DNA of 59,152 nucleotides from Chloroflexota bacterium (GTDB lineage Bacteria; Chloroflexota; Dehalococcoidia; JACPQK01): NCBI GenBank assembly GCA_016190505.1, contig JACPQM010000021.1, positions 1 to 59,152 of the forward strand, read 5' to 3'. Shown piece by piece: positions 54,805 to 59,152 of this stretch (position 1 is its first letter; each line of letters starts with the position of its first letter). The notes under the pieces were generated by a model. It saw only the letters and a program-made list of their open reading frames with translations, ran no database searches and was not told where the DNA came from. The position numbers and the translations under genes were made by a program.

Positions 54805-56763
54805 ATGACTACCCAAGAAGAGCTGATCTGGGACCTTCAGGCCGAGCAGTTCGCGGTGCGCCTCCGGGACAGGGCCATGGAGGGCATCATCGGCAAACGG
54901 GCGCGAGTCCGGGAGGGCAAGGTCGCCCTGCTCTATCTGGACGAGAAGTTCGACCGCAACCTCGGGCCGGGCGTGTACCCCATGGGGACCACCGTCCCCT
55001 TGCTGGGCACGGCCAAGCACAAGGCTGTAGTCATCGCTCAGGCTATGCCGGTGGTCCTGGACTTCTCGCTGCTCCGCCTGCTCACCAGGGACCCCCTGTA
55101 CACCAACTTCGATTGCCGCCTCCAGGTGCGGGTACAACCAGACCGGGAGAACATCTTCGTAGCCAGCCTGATGCGGGACGTGGACCAGGTGAACATCAGC
55201 GACCTCAAGGCCTTGCTCTTCCCGGAGCTCAAGGACCTGGCCGCCCAGATCGTGGGTCGCTATGCCGTAAAAGAGCTGGCGGAGAACCTCAAGCTGAGGG
55301 ACGAGTTCGGTCACGAGATCGAGGCCTATCTCTCCCGCACCTTTGACGGCAACGCCCTGAGCTTCGCCGGGGCGCAGACGGCCAACTTCCGCTGCGAGGC
55401 CTGGGACAAGGCCACCAACACCAAGGCCGAGTACTTCCTCCAGGTCACCCAGGAGGAGGCGGAAATCCAGGGCCGGAAACGCCTTCTGGAGGTGCTCACC
55501 GAGAAGGAGCTCCAGTCCCTCATCGAGGAGACGGAAAAGGTGGCCATCTACGAGAAACGGGCGCTGGTGTGGGACCGCATGCGCCACGCCACCAACTCCG
55601 ACAAGATGGCCCAGGTCCGCTCCGAGTCTGAGCTGGCCGAGTTCATGCGCCAGACAGACCGTGACAAGCTCCTCAAGGACTCCGACCTGGAGGAGTTCAA
55701 GAAGGCGCTGGCCGCCACCGGCGAGGACAAGGACCGCCTGCGGGCGCACATGGCCCGCATCGCCGAGATGAACCGGGACCAGGAGCTACAGGCCCTGGAG
55801 CTCACCCAGCGCACCGACCTGTCCCGCCAGGAGATCGAGGCCGAGATCGGCCTGGCGCGCCTGCGCATGGAGCAGTCCCTCGAGATGGAGCTCAGGCGTG
55901 TGGACCTGGAGGTAGAGAAGCGACGCCACATCAATGACCACCGTCGCGCCCAGGAGGCCCTGGACGCCGCTGCCGTCCGCGAGGCCGAGCTGGCCGAGGC
56001 CAGGAAGCAGGCCGACATCCACGGCATAGGCCGGGAGACCCAGCGCCTGGACGCTGAGCTGGCCCTGGCGCTGGAGGAGAAGAAGCGGGCCCAGGAGCGC
56101 CTCCATGTCTCCGAGATGCGGCGCATCCAGTTCGAGACCGAGGAAAGGCAGACCGATCTCCAGCTCAAGAAGCAGGAGGCGCTGGTCGAGCTCCGCCTGA
56201 GGGAGCTGAAGGAGCGGCACCAGCGGGAGATGGAGAACATGCAGGTCACCGGCACCTTGCCCCTGCACGCCCTCATCGCTGTTAGCTCTCCCGACAAGGC
56301 CCCCTTGCTCTCGGAGCTGGCCCGCACCCAGGCCATGCAGGGCATGAGCCCGGAGCAGATCCTGGCCCTGGCGGCCGAAAAGAACCCCCAGGTGACCACC
56401 GCCATCGCCGAGCTGGCAGCGCGCTCTCGAAGCCCCGAAGAAAAGGCCATGTATGAGCGCCTGCTCACCGAGCAGAAGGAATGGGCGGGGCAGACGCGGC
56501 AGACATTCCAGGACTTCCAGAAGACCCAACAGGAAATGTTCAACAAGGCCCTGGAGACCATGAGGGATACGGCCACCGCCTTCGCCAAGGGGCAGGGGAC
56601 ACCCCCCCAGACCATAGTTGTCGGGCCAAGTGGCGCCACCACCGTGGGCGGTCCACCGGCAGCCCCGCAACGGGTGGTGGTGTGCCGCCACTGCCACCAG
56701 GAGTCGCCGGTGGGCACCAAGCACTGCCCCAACTGTGGCGATTCCCTTATGGCGGAACGATAG
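54805..56763 (+). CDS. SPFH/band-7-like plus long coiled coil plus C-terminal zinc ribbon; paralog L3
   Basis: 652 aa; 'VREGKVALLYLDEKFDRNLGPGVYPMG'; coiled coil ~60% identical to L1 ('QVTQEEAEIQGRKRLLEVLTEKELQSLIEETEK'); C-terminal 'CRHCHQESPVGTKHCPNCGD'. Confidence 0.72.
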   Translation: MTTQEELIWDLQAEQFAVRLRDRAMEGIIGKRARVREGKVALLYLDEKFDRNLGPGVYPMGTTVPLLGTAKHKAVVIAQAMPVVLDFSLLRLLTRDPLYTNFDCRLQVRVQPDRENIFVASLMRDVDQVNISDLKALLFPELKDLAAQIVGRYAVKELAENLKLRDEFGHEIEAYLSRTFDGNALSFAGAQTANFRCEAWDKATNTKAEYFLQVTQEEAEIQGRKRLLEVLTEKELQSLIEETEKVAIYEKRALVWDRMRHATNSDKMAQVRSESELAEFMRQTDRDKLLKDSDLEEFKKALAATGEDKDRLRAHMARIAEMNRDQELQALELTQRTDLSRQEIEAEIGLARLRMEQSLEMELRRVDLEVEKRRHINDHRRAQEALDAAAVREAELAEARKQADIHGIGRETQRLDAELALALEEKKRAQERLHVSEMRRIQFETEERQTDLQLKKQEALVELRLRELKERHQREMENMQVTGTLPLHALIAVSSPDKAPLLSELARTQAMQGMSPEQILALAAEKNPQVTTAIAELAARSRSPEEKAMYERLLTEQKEWAGQTRQTFQDFQKTQQEMFNKALETMRDTATAFAKGQGTPPQTIVVGPSGATTVGGPPAAPQRVVVCRHCHQESPVGTKHCPNCGDSLMAER

Positions 56764-56782
56764 GGGGTTAGGGTGAGGGCGC

Positions 56783-58747
56783 ATGTCCAAAGATAGGCCT
56801 GAAGAAAAACGGGACCTCTTCACCGACAAGGCGGAGCTGGAGAGCGTATATGACCTGAGCATGGCCCGTGCCCGGGCATTAGAGCACGCCCAGAAGAACT
56901 TCGGCAAGACCGTGAAGGGCAAGCACTTCCCCCTTATCTGGGATGTCGAAAAGGCCGCCTTCAACGAGGACGACGATTGCTTCGACATTGTCCTCTCCTG
57001 CCATCCGGAGGAGGGCGAATACCTGCGCAAAGGGGAGTGGGTCTATCACGTCAGCCCCAAGGGCGATCTGCTGCCCGGGACCCCCTTGCTGCGCTCATCG
57101 TTGCGCCTCAAGGAAGAGCCTGACGAGGGCCGCCGGCTGTCCCCGCTGTTGCTGGGAGGCGTCGCCGCGGTGGTATTGGTGTTGGCGCTGGGGGCGGCCG
57201 TTCTGGCTGGTGGCCTGTTCAGGAAACCCGCTGCCACACCCGGCTCGACACCCACACCCACCGTCGAGACAACCCCCGCTGCCGGGGCAGTGTCCACCTC
57301 TACGCCGCGCCCCGCGGTCACGGCAACGGATACGCCCACCCGTCCGGTCGTCCCCGCCATTACGCCTACACCTACGGTCCCCAAGCCCCTGGAGTTGGCC
57401 TATGATGACGGCGCCATGGGCTCCCGGCGGGCGGAGGATCCGGGCAAGGTGGCTGCGGTAAGGTTCACTCCACCTTCCGCCATGCAAGTCCAGAGACTGA
57501 GGTTCTACACCCAGGGCGAGATGAAGGCTGTGCGAGTGCACATATTAGACACAGGGTTCAACAGCATGCTGTCCCGGGAGGTTGTCCCGGTGCCCGGCTG
57601 GTTTGATGTAGATGTCTCCGACAGTGGCTTCACCGTCAGCGGCGATTTCATGGTCGGCATGCAGTGGCTTTCCGACTCCGCCAATGGCCCGTATCTGGGC
57701 GTGGACAACCGGGCTCCGTTCAACGACCGAAGTGTCTCCGGCACCCTGGGGCAGCGCTACGGCGAAGTGCCCATCGCCAGCGACTACATGATCAGGGTGG
57801 AGTTGGCCCCGCCGCCTGTACCCACGCCCACGCCGACACCCAGGCCCACCCCGGCGCCCACCGCCACGCCCACGCGAACACCTCCCACGCCAACGCCCAC
57901 GCCAGCGCCTCCGACGCCGACGCCAACGCCACCCCCGGCGCCGGTGGTCCTTGCCGACCCTTACCGGGATGAGGCGAACCAGTTCTCACTGCGCTATCCC
58001 CAGGGCTGGGAGAAGCTCCCGGTGGCGGGCGCTGCGGTGGCTTTCGTCTCTCCTCGCCCCGACTTTCTGGCAAGCGGTCAGCAGTTCTCCACAAACATCA
58101 ACGTGGTAGTAGAGTCCGCCGATGCTGCCAGCCTTGACGGTTACCTTAGCTCCGCCTCGCAAGCCATGAAACAAGCGCTCGTCAACTACCAGGAGGTCTC
58201 CCGGCGGCAGGTCACCCTGGACACCGCCCCCGCCTATCTGCTCGAGTCCACCTTCGACCAAGGGGGGTTCTCCCTCCACATCCTTCAGGCTATCCTGCTC
58301 AAGGGCAGCAAAGCCTACATGGTCACGGGGACCACCCATGCATCTACCTGGGCTCAGTACAGGGACCTCCTGGAGGCTTCCCTCCGCTCGTTCCAGTTCC
58401 TGGCGCCTGGGGCCACCGGCCTCACCGGCTTCTACCGGGGCACCATCACCAACCTGACCGCAGGCCAGACTGCTCCCTTTGATTTGCAGCTTGAAGAGTC
58501 CGGTTCCGTTATGCGGCTGCTCTCCGGCTACGCGCGGGCCTATCCTCCCCTGGTAGGCGAGGGGCCATTGGAGGGGCAGGCCAGCGGCACCCAGTTGCGC
58601 TTCAGCGGTCGCTTCTCTTACGCGGGAATACAGTTCGCCGTTAGCTTCGAGGGCAACGTCTCCGCCGATGGCCGGACCCTGGCCGGCACTTACGCCATCG
58701 CCGCCACCGGAGAGGTCGGTACGTGGCAAGTGACCCGGACGCCGTAG
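56783..58747 (+). CDS. Paralog S3: N-terminal domain, then TM helix, Pro/Thr linkers and a ~450-aa extracytoplasmic domain
   Basis: 'YDLSMARARALEHAQK...LIWDVEKAAFNEDDDCFDIVLSCHPEE...GEWVYHVSPKGDLLPGTPLLRSSL'; TM 'LLLGGVAAVVLVLALGAAVLAGGLF'; PTPTP linkers. Confidence 0.68.
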   Translation: MSKDRPEEKRDLFTDKAELESVYDLSMARARALEHAQKNFGKTVKGKHFPLIWDVEKAAFNEDDDCFDIVLSCHPEEGEYLRKGEWVYHVSPKGDLLPGTPLLRSSLRLKEEPDEGRRLSPLLLGGVAAVVLVLALGAAVLAGGLFRKPAATPGSTPTPTVETTPAAGAVSTSTPRPAVTATDTPTRPVVPAITPTPTVPKPLELAYDDGAMGSRRAEDPGKVAAVRFTPPSAMQVQRLRFYTQGEMKAVRVHILDTGFNSMLSREVVPVPGWFDVDVSDSGFTVSGDFMVGMQWLSDSANGPYLGVDNRAPFNDRSVSGTLGQRYGEVPIASDYMIRVELAPPPVPTPTPTPRPTPAPTATPTRTPPTPTPTPAPPTPTPTPPPAPVVLADPYRDEANQFSLRYPQGWEKLPVAGAAVAFVSPRPDFLASGQQFSTNINVVVESADAASLDGYLSSASQAMKQALVNYQEVSRRQVTLDTAPAYLLESTFDQGGFSLHILQAILLKGSKAYMVTGTTHASTWAQYRDLLEASLRSFQFLAPGATGLTGFYRGTITNLTAGQTAPFDLQLEESGSVMRLLSGYARAYPPLVGEGPLEGQASGTQLRFSGRFSYAGIQFAVSFEGNVSADGRTLAGTYAIAATGEVGTWQVTRTP

Positions 58748-58875
58748 CACGAGGATTCGGACATGCCCCCTGACATGACACGCCGTAGGCCGGGGGATTG
58801 GGGGTGTCCCCCAAAAACCCTTACACGACTGGCCCCCATGGTGCTCCAGACCATGGTAGCACGAGGAATTCGATA

Positions 58876-59152
58876 TGCCCCCCGATGAAATGAAGCCTGA
58901 GGAAAAGAAGGACCTCTTTGACGCCACCGGCGAGCTCAAGGGCGGCTATGACATGGGCATGGCCCAGGCCTATGCCCTGGAGCACGCCAAGAAGACCCAG
59001 GGCGAATACGCAGGCCAGGGCAAGCAGCGAGTCCCCCTCATCTGGAACATCGAGAGCTCTCGCTACGACGAGGACGCCGAGTGCTTCAAGGTGGTCCTCT
59101 CGTGCCACCCAGAGGGAGTGCCAGCGGAGCAGAACGGACTCTGGGAGTACCA
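58876..59152 (+). CDS. Paralog S4 (5-prime partial; runs off the window end)
   Basis: 'GGYDMGMAQAYALEHAKK...LIWNIESSRYDEDAECFKVVLSCHPEG...GLWEY'. Confidence 0.6.

Noticed and set aside
1-59152. Search for tRNA, rRNA and CRISPR features in intergenic regions
   Set aside because: No T-loop-like GGTTCGAATCC/GTTCAAATC motifs with cloverleaf context, no rRNA-like conserved blocks, and no regularly spaced direct repeats were seen. All intergenic palindromes are explained by REP families.

Overview
High-GC (~65-70%) bacterial chromosomal window, very rich in REP-like palindromic repeats, with a few low-GC islets; possibly Chloroflexi-like, but no lineage marker is asserted. Reading left to right:
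- abfD (4-hydroxybutyryl-CoA dehydratase) and a lone sbcD.
- A defence/mobile island: McrBC-like type IV restriction system with an unusual N-terminal domain, an IS630-family IS, a frameshifted retropepsin, a VapBC pair and a DUF4258/DUF2283 pair.
- glyQS with a long structured leader.
- A large copper/metal homeostasis supercluster:
  - a UGA-interrupted DUF1573-like gene;
  - csoR-copA;
  - an AT-rich DUF4160/DUF2442 insertion;
  - a YHS-domain module (Mrr_cat-YHS fusion, FtsX permease, ABC ATPase-YHS fusion, small Cys-rich ORF, stand-alone YHS);
  - hypothetical membrane proteins and lipoproteins;
  - a ccmE-F-H...C-D cytochrome c maturation cluster with a Cys-variant CcmE.
- A split TPP decarboxylase plus a tungsten aldehyde:ferredoxin oxidoreductase (AOR), whose 3-prime end is duplicated across a low-GC islet carrying a metzincin.
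- ycnI-like plus copC-copD fusion.
- A PK_C-like protein and an orphan family-5 SBP.
- MoaD/ThiS-like plus a molybdopterin oxidoreductase.
- A PT-linker cell-surface protein with a divergent GT-C/YfhO-like membrane protein and methyltransferase cluster.
- At the 3-prime end (49.6-59.2 kb), a tandemly amplified array of three paralogous SPFH(band-7)-like long coiled-coil proteins interleaved with four paralogous small proteins that share a novel ~110-aa N-terminal domain.
Three near-identical promoter-operator modules (TTGAC-17-TAnnnT followed by the pseudo-palindrome CCCCTGGGTnGGGnAT, resembling CsoR-type operators) precede the DUF1573-like gene, csoR-copA and the ccm cluster. The most interesting signals are the SPFH-like/small-protein array, the putative CsoR regulon that includes ccm, and a possible selenocysteine UGA with a SECIS-like hairpin. 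No rRNA, tRNA or CRISPR was found.
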